Of a DNA stretch of 64,000 nucleotides, positions 19,573-30,051 are shown in pieces. Numbering within the stretch: the stretch's first letter is position 1; every line of letters begins with the position of its first letter. A program made the translations under genes and the position numbers. A model generated the notes under the pieces. The model worked only from the letters and a program-made list of their open reading frames with translations. It did not search any database and was not told where the DNA came from. This DNA is from Gemmatimonadota bacterium (GTDB taxonomy: Bacteria > Gemmatimonadota > Gemmatimonadetes > Palauibacterales > Palauibacteraceae), in NCBI GenBank assembly GCA_965116475.1, contig OZ220691.1, forward strand, positions 1,728,001 through 1,792,000. Reading direction: 5' to 3'.

Positions 19573-21243
19573 ATGAACACGCCCTCGGACGCGGAACTTC
19601 TCGCGAAATGGCGGGAGGAGCCCGCTCCTCTGCTCCCCCTGCTGCACGAGTTCCACGAGAGGGACGGGTACCTCTCGGAGGACGCCCTGCGCGCGATCTC
19701 CGATGACCTGCGGATCCCGATCGCCGACCTCTTCGGGACGGTCACCTTCTACCACCACTTCTCACGGGAGCCCGGGGGCCTCGCCCGCGCCCGGGTCTGC
19801 ACGGGACCCGTCTGCGCCCTGCTCGGGGCGAACGAACTGCTGGCCGGGCTGCCGAACGCGCATGCGATGCCCTGCCCCGGCCGCTGCGACGAGCCGATTC
19901 CGGTCCTGGACCGGGAACGGGTCCTCTGCGGGACGACCGCGGCTGAACTCTCCTCTCGACCCTCTCCTCTCCCGCCCGCTCCGCACCCGGACATCGAGGA
20001 GTGCGTATTTGCGCACATCCGGGCTCCCGGACGCGCCACGCTGGCGGGCTATCGGGCGACGGGCGGCTATTCCGGCCTCGAGAACGCCCTCCGCGGGCAG
20101 CCCGGCGCGCTGCTTGATGTCATCGATGCGAGCGGCCTGGCGGGGCGGGGCGGCGCCGGCTTCCCGACCGGGCGGAAGTGGCGGGCGGTGGCGGAGGCCG
20201 CGGGCGAGCCCAAAACGATCGTCTGCAACGCCGATGAGGGAGAGCCGGGCTGCTTCAAGGACCGGGCGCTGATGGACTACGACCCGCACGCGGTGATCGA
20301 AGGGATGATCGCCGCCGGCTTCGCGACCGGCGCCACGCGGGGGTTCATTTACCTTCGTTACGAATACCCGGATACGCTGCGCATCCTGGAGACGGCCCTG
20401 GAAGAGGCCCGTGGCGCCGGACTGCTCGGGCCCGAAGCCCTGGGGCCCGGGCGACCGTTCGACCTCTGGGTGCGGCGCGGCGCCGGCGCCTACATCTGCG
20501 GCGAGGAGACGTCGCTTCTCAACAGCCTCGAGGGCAAACACCCGTTCCCGCGCAACCGGCCGCCCTTCCCTGTGACGCACGGGTACGAGGACCTTCCCAC
20601 GGTCGTGAACAACGTGGAGACGCTGGCTTCGGTGCCCCACATCCTCGTGCACGGCGCCGACTGGTACCGCGGGCTGGGGATCGGCGACCACGCGGGCACG
20701 AAGGTGATCTCGCTCTCCGGGGACGTCACGCGCCCCGGCAACTACGAAGTGCCGATGGGCTTCCCCCTGATGACGCTGATCGACGACTGGGCCGGCGGCG
20801 TGCCGGACGGACGTAAGATCCAGGCGGTCACGATGGCGGGGCTCTCGGGCGGCTTCCTCGCGGGCGAGGACCTCGCTGTCACGCTGGACGAGCCCGACAT
20901 CCGCTCGAAGGGGTCGTTCCTGGGCGCGGGCGGCATCATGGTGTTCGACGACTCGCGGGACATGATCGAGGTCGCACATTCCGCCATGGAGTTCTTCGCC
21001 GAGGAATCCTGCGGCAAGTGCTTCCCGTGCCGCATCGGCACGCAGCGCCTGACGGAGCGCCTGCACGGCGACGGCCCGCCCGACATCGGCGCCTGGGTCG
21101 ACGAGGTGCACGATCTCGGCGACACGATGATGCAGACGAGCGCCTGCGGCCTCGGGCAGGCGGCCCCGCTCATCACGGAGAGCCTGATCCGCTACTTCCC
21201 CGATCGCGTGTCGAGCCACGTCACGGACTCCGCCGGGGGATAG
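19573..21243 (+). CDS. Fused NuoE/NuoF-like diaphorase subunit of NAD-linked formate dehydrogenase
   Basis: N-terminal CTGPVC...CPGRC 2Fe-2S motif; GRGGAGFPTG, NADEGEPG, YICGEET, ESCGKCFPCR...CGLG. Confidence 0.9.
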   Translation: MNTPSDAELLAKWREEPAPLLPLLHEFHERDGYLSEDALRAISDDLRIPIADLFGTVTFYHHFSREPGGLARARVCTGPVCALLGANELLAGLPNAHAMPCPGRCDEPIPVLDRERVLCGTTAAELSSRPSPLPPAPHPDIEECVFAHIRAPGRATLAGYRATGGYSGLENALRGQPGALLDVIDASGLAGRGGAGFPTGRKWRAVAEAAGEPKTIVCNADEGEPGCFKDRALMDYDPHAVIEGMIAAGFATGATRGFIYLRYEYPDTLRILETALEEARGAGLLGPEALGPGRPFDLWVRRGAGAYICGEETSLLNSLEGKHPFPRNRPPFPVTHGYEDLPTVVNNVETLASVPHILVHGADWYRGLGIGDHAGTKVISLSGDVTRPGNYEVPMGFPLMTLIDDWAGGVPDGRKIQAVTMAGLSGGFLAGEDLAVTLDEPDIRSKGSFLGAGGIMVFDDSRDMIEVAHSAMEFFAEESCGKCFPCRIGTQRLTERLHGDGPPDIGAWVDEVHDLGDTMMQTSACGLGQAAPLITESLIRYFPDRVSSHVTDSAGG

Positions 21244-21362
21244 GAGCGCGGACCCGGGGCGCACGCGGATTTGTCGCGGCGCGCGCGGCGCGTCATGTTA
21301 GTGGGCCCGGCAGTTTCCAGCAGTGCGGGGTCGGGACACGACACCTGCCTCCGGAGGTGGGC

Positions 21363-24086
21363 TTGAGCGACAACTCGGGCAACGGCACGGGCTTCGATTT
21401 CGAGATCGCGCTCGACGGCGAGAAGGTCGGCGTCCGTCGCGGCGAGAGCCTGTACGAGGTCTCCGAGCGGCACCGCAAGGAGATCCCGACGCTGTGCTAC
21501 GATCCGCGCCTCGAAGCCTTCGGCGGCTGCCGCCTCTGCATCGTGGAACTCGACGGCGCCCGCAACCCGGTCGCCTCCTGCACCACGCGGGCGGAGCCCG
21601 GGATGCGGATCACGACCCGCTCCGCGCGGCTCGACATGCACCGCCGGGTGCTCATGGAGATGGTCGCCTCCGAGAACCGCGACACGGATGTCGACCCGCT
21701 CTCCGGATACGCCTCGCAGGAGATGGCGGAGCTGCTCGACCGCTACGACGCCCGGACGGGCCGCTTCGCCGGGGCCACGTCCGGCCGCAGCCGGCCGGAC
21801 GACGACAACCCCTTCATCCTCCGCGACTACGAGAACTGCATCTCCTGCTATCGCTGCGTGCGCGTCTGCGCCGAGCAGGAGGGCGACTACGCGATCTCGG
21901 TCATGAATCGCGGCTTCGAGACGCAGATCACGACGGAGTTCGAAGGTCTGCTGGGGAACTCCGCCTGCACGTTCTGCGGACAGTGCATACAGACGTGCCC
22001 GACCGGGGCGCTCGCCGACATCAAGGCGCTCGCGAACGCCGCGGTCCCCGGCGAGACGAAGAAGACGCGGACCGTCTGCCCCTACTGCGGCGTCGGGTGT
22101 TCCGTCGACCTGCTGTCGCGGGACGACAAGCTGATCGGCGTCCAGCCGGCGATGGATGGGCCCGCCAACGAGGGCGCACTCTGCGTGAAGGGGCAGTTTG
22201 CGTTCGACTTCGTACAGCACCCGGACCGGCTGGCCCATCCGATGGTGCGCGGCGAGGACGGCGAACTCCACGAAACCGACTGGGACACGGCCCTCGACCG
22301 CGCGGCGGCGGGTTTCACGGCGGCGGTGGAGAATCACGGCAGACACTCCGTGTACGGCGTCGCCTCCGGGCGCGCGCCGCACGAAGCGGCCTACATGATG
22401 CAGCGGTTCATCCGAGGCGCGTTCGGTACGAACCAGATCGACAACTGCAGCCGTGCTTGACACGCCCCCACGGTCGCCGGTCTGGCGGCCTCTATCGGAC
22501 GGGGGGCGATGTCGAATCCACTCGCGGACATGGATAAGCCCGATGTGATCTTCTGCATCGGGACCAACATGACCGAGTGCCATCCCGTTGCGGCCACCCG
22601 CATCAAGCGCGCGGTGGCCCGTGGCGCCAAGCTCATCGTCGCCGATCCGAGGCGGATCGCGCTGGCCGAGATGGCCGACATCTACCTGCCGCTGAGAGTG
22701 GGATCGGACGTCGCGCTGCTGCTCGGCATGGCCCACACGATCGCTCGCGAAGGGCTGCTGGACGAAGGCTTCGTGGCCGACCGCACGACGGAAAGCCGCG
22801 ACTTCGTAGAGCACGTCCTCGAGTACCCGCCGGAATGGGCCGAATCCATCACCGGGGTGGATGCGAAGCTTATCGCGGAGGCGGCGCGCTGGTATGCGAC
22901 GGCCGAGCGCGGCGCGATCTACTACACGCTCGGGATCACGGAGCACATCTGCGGCGTGGACAACGTGCAGAGTCTCTGCAATCTCGCCCTCATGACCGGC
23001 AACGTCGGCCGGGAGGGAACCGGGATCAATCCGATGCGCGGCCAGAACAACATCCAGGGCGCGGGAGACTCCGGGGCGCTGCCGAACAACTATCCCGGCT
23101 TCCAGGACGTGCGGGACCCGGCGTACCAGGCAAAGTTCGCCGCCGCCTACGGCCGGGAGGTGGACCTCGAACTGGGTCCGACGAAGGTCACGGCGCTCGA
23201 CATGTGCGGCGACCGGATCCGCGCCATGATCATCAACGGCGAGAACACCGTCGTCACGGACCCGGACCGGGAGCATTGCGAGCACGCGCTCAGGAGCCTC
23301 GACCACCTCGTCGTGATCGACATCTTCCTCACCGAGACGGCGCAGCTGGCCGATGTCGTCCTCCCGGCCACCGCGTGGGCGGAGACGGACGGTGTGTGCT
23401 CGAATACGGAGCGGCGCGTTCAGCGGCTGCGGAAGGCGGTGGACCCGCCCGGCGAGGCGAAACCCGACTGGTGGTGCGTGTCCCGCATCGCGCAGCGCAT
23501 GGGGTTGAAGGGTTTCGAGTTCGAGTCGGCGAAGGAGGTGTTCAACGAGCTCTGCTCGCTCTCGCCGATCTACGCCGGCCTCGACTGGGATCTCATCGCC
23601 GACGGCGAGTACCACTGGCCGGTGCCGGAGCGGGGCCACCCCGGCACGCCGATCCTTCACGAGGGCGAGTTCGAGAACGGGCGCGGGATCTTCCAGTTGA
23701 TCCGGTACCGGGACCCGGCCGAGACGATCTCGGAGGAATACCCGGTCTGGCTTACGACCGGGCGCCGCCTGCCCGCCTATCACACGAGAACCCAGACCGG
23801 GCGGTCGGCGGGAATCGAGTACCTGTTGTCGGAGGAGCGCCTCGAGATGCACCCGGCCGACGTGTCCAAATGGGGTCTCGAGGACGGCGGCTGGGCGATG
23901 ATGTCGAGCCCGCGCGGCCAGGTGCGGATCAAGGTCGAAGCGAACGACCGATCCCCGCCCGGGACCGTGTTCGCGTCATTCAGCTTCAACGACGTGCCGG
24001 TGAACTTCCTCACCGGAGGCGGCTACGACCCGATCACGCACACGGCCGAGTTGAAGGTGTGCCCCGTGAGGGTCGAACCCGTCTAG
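21363..24086 (+). CDS. fdhF: Formate dehydrogenase alpha subunit, selenoprotein (UGA 22458-22460 read as Sec)
   Basis: GGAGGT RBS plus TTG. Fe-S motifs (CRLC, CISCYRC, CTFCGQC, CPYCGVGC). NCSRA-U-HAPTVAGL; the two track ORFs are in frame across the TGA. MRGQNNIQG motif. Confidence 0.92.
22472..22490 (+). promoter_or_regulatory. Bacterial SECIS hairpin
   Basis: GGUCGCC-GGUCU-GGCGGCC stem-loop beginning 11 nt after the UGA, with a G in the apical loop. Confidence 0.8.
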
Positions 24087-24117
24087 TTCGCCCCGGAATC
24101 CGCCGAGAATCCGCGAG

Positions 24118-26148
24118 CTACCGGGAGCGGGTGGCGCCGCGGCTCCACGGCTGGTCTCCGTACGCGACGATCTTCCCCTCGATCGCCGAGGCCACGCACG
24201 TCAGGGGACTTGCCAGGTACACCTGCCCCGGTCCGCTGCGGCCGGGGAAGTTCCGATTGATGGAGCTGATCGTGACCTGGTCCTTCGTCGTCGAGACGCC
24301 CGGCCCCGCGTTGATGCAGGCTCCGCAACCGGGAGCGAGAACGTCGAATCCGGCATCCCGGAGCGCCCGGTCGTGGCCCCGTTCCCGGCTCCACGCCTCC
24401 ACGTCGATGGACCCGTACTGGGCATAGGCGCGGACGGACGCGGGCACGCGCCTCCCCGCCGCCACCGCCTCCCGCGCCACCGCGGCATACATCTCGAAGT
24501 CCGCGCGCTTCGCCCCCGTGCAGGCTCCGACGAACACCGTGTCCAAACCCACGTCTCCCTCGAGGGCCGAGACCGGCAAGCCGTTTCCGGGATCGCCGGG
24601 GGTCGCGAGCATCGGTTCGATGCCGCCCGCGTCCATCTCGATCGTCGCCGCGTATCCCGCCCCGGCGTCGCTGTGCAGTCCGTCGCACAGCGCCCGGACC
24701 TCGTCCTCCGCCAGGCCGCGCCGCCCGGCGATCCACGCCACCGTCCTCGCGTCCGGGGCGATGATGCCGGTGAAGCCACCGACCTCGGCCGCCATGTTCG
24801 TCAGCGTCGCGCGTTCGTCGATGGACAGCGCCTCCACGGCCTCTCCCGTGAATTCGATGATGCGTCCGATGGCCTCGCCGCTCTTGACGGTCGGGTGGCG
24901 CAGCAGTTCGAGGATGAGGTCTTTCGCCACGACGCCGGGTGGCGGCTCGCCCGTGATGTTCACGCGGATGGACTCCGGCACCTCCAGCCGAACGTCGCGG
25001 GTCGCCCAGGCGTTGACGATCGCCGACGTACCCACACCGAAGGCGACGCATCCCAGCGCCCCGGAATGAGGGGTGTGAGAATCGCTGCCGATGATGATCT
25101 GGCCCGGGAGCGCATAGCGGTCCTGCACCATGATGTGGCAGATCCCCTCGCTCCCCGTGCGGTCGGACAGTTCGCCGTGCAGGCGCACGCCCTTGGCGGC
25201 GGCGAACTCCCGCTGCCGGTCGTGCAGGGCATGGGCCGCGTCGAGCAGGCCGGCCGCCTTCCTCTCTTCCGTGATGACTTCGTCGAGGAACGCGAGGTGG
25301 TCCCGGAAGAAGACGATGGACTCGGTATGGTTCAGTCCCGCGTCGCCCGCGAAGTCCTCCCAGAACGTCGACGCCATGGGCGTCACATACTCGTGGGAGA
25401 AGCGAAGATCGGCCCGGAGAAAGCCGGTGTCGCCCGGCTTCACGGTCGGAACGCCCAGCGCGCCGGAGGCCGCGTCGGTGACCCAGTGCCGGGCGATGAT
25501 CTTCTCCGCGATCGTCTGCGGACGGTCCGCCGGGGTCGTGATGCCGGGGAGCGCGACGAGTCCCTTCAGTCTCGCCACGGCGTAGTCCAGCAGCCCGCCG
25601 TATTCGATGATGTCGCGCTGAATGCGCCCCGCGTCGCCGATGAACGCGTCGAGCGGGATCTCCTCCCCGCGCCGGATCTTCTCGATCAGGGAGAAATCCG
25701 TCGAAGCGAGGAGGCCGATGTTCGCGCAGTTCTCCCCGTAGATGCGCTCGATGTTCTCCCCGATGACGACGCGGAGGCCCGCGGCGCGCTCGGCATACGG
25801 CGAGGCCTCCCGGCTCGACCCCTTCCCGCGTCGCTTTCCGGACACGGAGCACACGAAGCCGCCCGTCCGGATGTCGTTGCGGCCGATCGGGCGCTCATCG
25901 CCACACAGGAGGCCCACATAGGGGTATTCCCCCAACTTCTCATCGAAGTGGTAGCAGACCCAGCCGGGCGTGATCTCATCGGTCGAGATATCGTCGCGCA
26001 GCGGGATCGATGGATCCCAGTCGAGGTCCTCGCCCGCGAGTTGGCGGCGGATGAGGTCCGGATCTTCGGTGAGGAAGAGGATGCGGCCCTTGAGGCGGAC
26101 GGTCGGCGGACGCCTCGCCACCTCGGTCTCGAGCAGATGTTCCAGCAT
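24118..26148 (-). CDS. Aconitase-family hydratase, fused small (swivel)-then-large subunit (LeuD-LeuC-like)
   Basis: DISTDEITP and GKGSSRE swivel motifs come first, then TIAEKI, GICH, GSDSHT, NMAAEVG, GACTG, PGCGAC, NRNFPGR. Confidence 0.85.
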   Translation of the reverse strand: MLEHLLETEVARRPPTVRLKGRILFLTEDPDLIRRQLAGEDLDWDPSIPLRDDISTDEITPGWVCYHFDEKLGEYPYVGLLCGDERPIGRNDIRTGGFVCSVSGKRRGKGSSREASPYAERAAGLRVVIGENIERIYGENCANIGLLASTDFSLIEKIRRGEEIPLDAFIGDAGRIQRDIIEYGGLLDYAVARLKGLVALPGITTPADRPQTIAEKIIARHWVTDAASGALGVPTVKPGDTGFLRADLRFSHEYVTPMASTFWEDFAGDAGLNHTESIVFFRDHLAFLDEVITEERKAAGLLDAAHALHDRQREFAAAKGVRLHGELSDRTGSEGICHIMVQDRYALPGQIIIGSDSHTPHSGALGCVAFGVGTSAIVNAWATRDVRLEVPESIRVNITGEPPPGVVAKDLILELLRHPTVKSGEAIGRIIEFTGEAVEALSIDERATLTNMAAEVGGFTGIIAPDARTVAWIAGRRGLAEDEVRALCDGLHSDAGAGYAATIEMDAGGIEPMLATPGDPGNGLPVSALEGDVGLDTVFVGACTGAKRADFEMYAAVAREAVAAGRRVPASVRAYAQYGSIDVEAWSRERGHDRALRDAGFDVLAPGCGACINAGPGVSTTKDQVTISSINRNFPGRSGPGQVYLASPLTCVASAIEGKIVAYGDQPWSRGATRSR

Positions 26149-26279
26149 GTTGTACTCCCGCCCTGACCGGGCCGAAGATCGGGGTGACATTGGTCTGGTG
26201 TCCGACACCGGGATGTCGAAACATCGTCCGGGGGATGTTCAGGTGAAGCGCGCCCCGGCGCCAGTCGGGAGGTGAAGTC

Positions 26280-27191
26280 ATGCAGCGGGTCCTCGTCGCG
26301 GGTGGAACAGGCTTCCTCGGGCGTGCCTTCGTCCGGGGGCTGCACGGTCGCGGGGCGCGGGTGGCCGTGCTGACCCGAAACCCCGCCGGCGCGGGGAGGC
26401 TCGGGCTCCCGGCGGAATACGTCGGGGGGGATGTGCGTCGGCCCGCCGCGCTCGCAGCGGCGATGGACTCCGTGGACGCAGCCATCCTCTCCGTCCAGTT
26501 CCCGGGCTATCCGGTGGAGGCGCCCGCGCGCGGCCGGACGTTCATGGAGGTCGACGCCCGTGGCACCGCCGCCCTGGTGGAGGCCGCGGTGGAGGCGGGC
26601 GTGCGCAAGCTCGTCTACCTGTCCGGGGTCGGGGCCGATCCGGGCTCCGCACGTACCTGGTATCGCGCCAAGGGGCTGGCGGAGGCATCCGTTCGGGACT
26701 CGGGCCTCGACCACGTCATCGTTCGACCTTCATGGGTCTACGGCCCGGAGGACCGGAGCCTCAACCGCTTCATCGCGCTCATTCGCCGGATTCCGTTCGT
26801 TTTCCCCCAACTGGGGGACGGCTCCGGACGAATCACCCCGATACATGTCGATGACCTGGCCGACCTCGTGTGCGAGGCGACGCTGGGTTCGGCGGGGGAC
26901 GGACTCGTGCTGGAGGCGGGTGGCCCGCATGTCCTGTCGCTGGACGATGTCGTGAGGACGGCCATGGCGGCGCTCGGACGTCGGCGGGCGATTCTCCACA
27001 TCCCGGACGGTCTCATCAAGCTTGCCGCCGCGTGTGCCGAGCTTCTCCCCGGCCAGATCCTGTCGCGCGATGCCGTAGACTTCGCAACCCAGGAGGGGAT
27101 CGCCGATTCCGACCTGGCCCGCCGTCGTTTTCCGGCGTTTCGCCCACGCGACCTCGCGACGGGATTGGCGGCGTACGTCTCCCGTGCCTGA
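26280..27191 (+). CDS. Atypical SDR, NDUFA9-like NAD(P)H-binding protein
   Basis: AGGTGFLG, YRAK, RPSWVYGPED. Confidence 0.82.
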   Translation: MQRVLVAGGTGFLGRAFVRGLHGRGARVAVLTRNPAGAGRLGLPAEYVGGDVRRPAALAAAMDSVDAAILSVQFPGYPVEAPARGRTFMEVDARGTAALVEAAVEAGVRKLVYLSGVGADPGSARTWYRAKGLAEASVRDSGLDHVIVRPSWVYGPEDRSLNRFIALIRRIPFVFPQLGDGSGRITPIHVDDLADLVCEATLGSAGDGLVLEAGGPHVLSLDDVVRTAMAALGRRRAILHIPDGLIKLAAACAELLPGQILSRDAVDFATQEGIADSDLARRRFPAFRPRDLATGLAAYVSRA

Positions 27192-27435
27192 GCCGTGGAT
27201 CCGCGCGGGTTCGGGAGCCTGATCGGCATCCCCGCGACAAGGGTTTCGCACGCACCGGAGCACGCGTTGTATCTCTTGCATGTCATTCGACATCGGGCTT
27301 AGCTTGCATCGATTTTTCCGGCGACATCGGAGGCCGGGTGCCGCTGGTTGCAGTCGGACGTTCGTGCCTGGTTCGCGTAGCGAATCAGACGGCCCGCGCG
27401 TTCCTCGGCAGCCTCATAACTCGCAGGAGGTCGAT

Positions 27436-28107
27436 ATGAAGGATGTGTTCAGAAAGCTGGTGTTGGTGGTTGGCGCGATGGCCGCGTTCGCTTTTCTGCC
27501 GGTCCGGGCGGAGGCCCAGAGTCCCTATTCTCCGATGTTCTGGTCGTTCGAGGGCGGAGTCGGGATGGCCGTCCCGATGGGTGAGATCGCCGATGCCGCC
27601 GAGGCGGGTCCGTCATTCTCGGGCGCGGCGTCCTACTTCCTGCGCCCGCGTCTGGCGCTGCGGATCGAGGGGGCTCTCGACATGCTCGGCACGAAGGGAG
27701 CGATCGACCCGAACTTTCAGATCTTCCATCTGACGGGCGGGATCGAGTATCACCTCACGGATCCGATGGGAAGCGCCACCGTTGCGGTCGATTTCGGCCT
27801 GGGCGCCTCGACGCTCAATTCGGACGCGTTCCTGCTGCAGAACCATCCGCGTCCGGGACTCCATACGGTGGGCCTGGTGAACGGATCGTATGTCTCCGGC
27901 AACGCCGGCATCAAGGCGGGGCTCAACTTCGCTCGCCATGCGGAGACGGACGTACCGATGGTCACGCTCTTTGCGCAGCTCGACCTCCGCTACGTCATGA
28001 CGGACGAGGAAGATACGCACGTGTATGGTGAACTCAACAACGTTCACGGGTTCAGTTCCATAATGGAAATCCCGCTCTCGGTTGGCCTCCGGGTCAACTT
28101 CCCATAA
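27436..28107 (+). CDS. Small outer-membrane beta-barrel protein
   Basis: AGGAGG RBS, signal peptide (..RAEAQ), amphipathic strands, C-terminal LRVNFP. Confidence 0.75.
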   Translation: MKDVFRKLVLVVGAMAAFAFLPVRAEAQSPYSPMFWSFEGGVGMAVPMGEIADAAEAGPSFSGAASYFLRPRLALRIEGALDMLGTKGAIDPNFQIFHLTGGIEYHLTDPMGSATVAVDFGLGASTLNSDAFLLQNHPRPGLHTVGLVNGSYVSGNAGIKAGLNFARHAETDVPMVTLFAQLDLRYVMTDEEDTHVYGELNNVHGFSSIMEIPLSVGLRVNFP

Positions 28108-28132
28108 GCCGGCAAAAGGAGGAGTAGTCAGG

Positions 28133-28771
28133 ATGCGCCAGAACAGGGTGTGGGTGCCGATGGTTGTGGTGACTCTAGCCTTCCTGTCTGCGGGTTGCAT
28201 GCAGCTCGTGCGCCAGTGGGAACTCGATCGCGTCATGGAGCCCGTTAACGGGCAACTGGCCGATCATGAGGGCCGCATCGCGGCGAATACGGCCGCGGTG
28301 GAGGCGCTTCAGGGTGATATAGAGGAGTTGCGGAGTGGGCTTGATCGTCTGCAGCAGGAGTTCGGAGGTCACGTCAGCGACGACGACATGCACGGGACGG
28401 GACTCGCGGTTTCCCTTCCGGTGCACTTCGACTTCAACAGTGCCGAGGTGCGGGCCGTCGACCGCCCCATTCTGGACGCGTTCGCGGCCACGGTCCTGGG
28501 GTCGTTTCCTCAGGCCCGGATCACGGTGGAAGGCTCTGCCGACAGTGCCGGATCCGAGGCGTACAACATGAGGCTGTCCCAGGAGCGCGCCGACAGCGTG
28601 AGGGATTATCTCGTGCAGAACGCGGGGATGAACGCCGACAACATCCGTACGGTGGCCATGGGTGAATCGCGCCTCGTCAACGAGGACACCGGGGCCGAAG
28701 ATCGCCAGACCGGGATCGAGAACCGGCGCGCGACGTTCGTCGTCGAGTGGGCCGGACCAGGCTCGAGCTAG
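28133..28771 (+). CDS. OmpA-family peptidoglycan-binding lipoprotein with coiled coil
   Basis: LSAGC lipobox; VHFDFNS, YNMRLSQERA, ENRR motifs. Confidence 0.88.
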   Translation: MRQNRVWVPMVVVTLAFLSAGCMQLVRQWELDRVMEPVNGQLADHEGRIAANTAAVEALQGDIEELRSGLDRLQQEFGGHVSDDDMHGTGLAVSLPVHFDFNSAEVRAVDRPILDAFAATVLGSFPQARITVEGSADSAGSEAYNMRLSQERADSVRDYLVQNAGMNADNIRTVAMGESRLVNEDTGAEDRQTGIENRRATFVVEWAGPGSS

Positions 28772-28817
28772 ATCGGCGATGTCCTGAGTTGCGCGTTATG
28801 GCCACGTTGGAGCCAGG

Positions 28818-28847
28818 CTCCCGGGTTTCGGCCCGGGAGTTTTTTTT
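28818..28847 (+). terminator. Rho-independent terminator
   Basis: CTCCCGGGT-TTCG-GCCCGGGAG followed by 8 T. Confidence 0.9.
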
Positions 28848-28886
28848 GCCGCCGCTCCCGGCGCTGACGCGGGGTTTTGCCACGGA

Positions 28887-29996
28887 ATGCTGCAGCGCCG
28901 CGTCGACCTGATGCCGCAGGATGCCGCGTCTGAGGGGTATCGAGCCGCCATCGAGCGCGTCGGACTGTTTTCGAACGTTCGGCGCGCCGTCGTCGCCGTA
29001 TCGGGTGCGGGGGCGCTACGAGTCGTGAACGGCCTCGCCTCGAACGATGTGAAGGACGTCCCGCTGGGGCGGGGCGTCTATTCCTTTCTCCTGGACCGCC
29101 GCGGCCGCGTTGTCGCCGATCTGCGGATTCTGCCCGTGACGGGGTTCGAGCGAGGCGCCGGAGACGCTGAAGCGGAGACCCTCTGGCTGGACGCTCCGGG
29201 CGATGCGCGCCCCGCGCTGATGAACCACCTTCGGAAGTACGTGCCTCCGCTGTTCGCCGGGCACCGCGAGACGAGCATTGCCGTGCACTCGCTCATCGGG
29301 CCGCGGGCCGCCGAGGCGTTCGAAGGCTGGGAAGCGGCCGAGAAAGTCTCGTCGGTGCGGCGCCCGGGGGAACTGGTCCCCCTCGAAGCGACATCCGTCC
29401 GGATCGGCGGTGCCCCGGGTCTCCTGGTTTGCCGGGAGGCGGTCGAGGGGGCCGGTTTCGACCTGTATGTCGATCACGCCGGCCGGGCAGCCGACGCGGA
29501 ACGGCTATCGAGACAGCTCGAGGGCGCCGTCGCGCGGGTTGGTGGAGCCGTCGGCTGCCGCGAAGACCGGGAGATCCTGCGGCTGGAACAGGGATTGCCG
29601 GTGTTCGGGTCCGAACTGGGAGCCGAGCGATTGGCCCAGGAGGCGGGTCAGGACGACCGGGCGATCAGTTTCACGAAAGGGTGCTTCACCGGCCAGGAGG
29701 TCGTCGCCCGCATCCACTACCGGGGCCATGTGAACCGCCACCTGCGCGGGCTCCGCTGGGCGCCGAACGCCCTCCGGGAGGCGGACGACCTCATCGGCGC
29801 CGAACTTCGAGCGCCTGACGGCACCGGTGGCACAAAGTCGGTCGGTCTCGTCACTTCCGCGGCTCATTCTCCGCGTCTCGGACCCATCGGCCTGGGTTAT
29901 GTCCGGCGCGAGGTCGCCCCCGGCGCGGTGCTGGAGTCGACGGACCCTCCGGGCGTCGCGCTGCACGTGACGGAAGTGCCCTTTACGTTCGAGTAA
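28887..29996 (+). CDS. ygfZ: YgfZ/IBA57-like folate-binding protein (GcvT fold)
   Basis: KGCFTGQEVVAR signature. Confidence 0.8.
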   Translation: MLQRRVDLMPQDAASEGYRAAIERVGLFSNVRRAVVAVSGAGALRVVNGLASNDVKDVPLGRGVYSFLLDRRGRVVADLRILPVTGFERGAGDAEAETLWLDAPGDARPALMNHLRKYVPPLFAGHRETSIAVHSLIGPRAAEAFEGWEAAEKVSSVRRPGELVPLEATSVRIGGAPGLLVCREAVEGAGFDLYVDHAGRAADAERLSRQLEGAVARVGGAVGCREDREILRLEQGLPVFGSELGAERLAQEAGQDDRAISFTKGCFTGQEVVARIHYRGHVNRHLRGLRWAPNALREADDLIGAELRAPDGTGGTKSVGLVTSAAHSPRLGPIGLGYVRREVAPGAVLESTDPPGVALHVTEVPFTFE

Positions 29997-30051
29997 AGGG
30001 CGGTGCGCGAAGCGTTGCTGATACGGACGTGGCGCGGTTATTCTTTGGGTC

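Noticed and set aside
22458..22460. Nonsense mutation / fdh pseudogene
   Set aside because: The TGA sits exactly at the Sec ligand position and has a SECIS hairpin.
28887..29996. GcvT completing the glycine cleavage system
   Set aside because: KGCFTGQE is the YgfZ/IBA57 signature.
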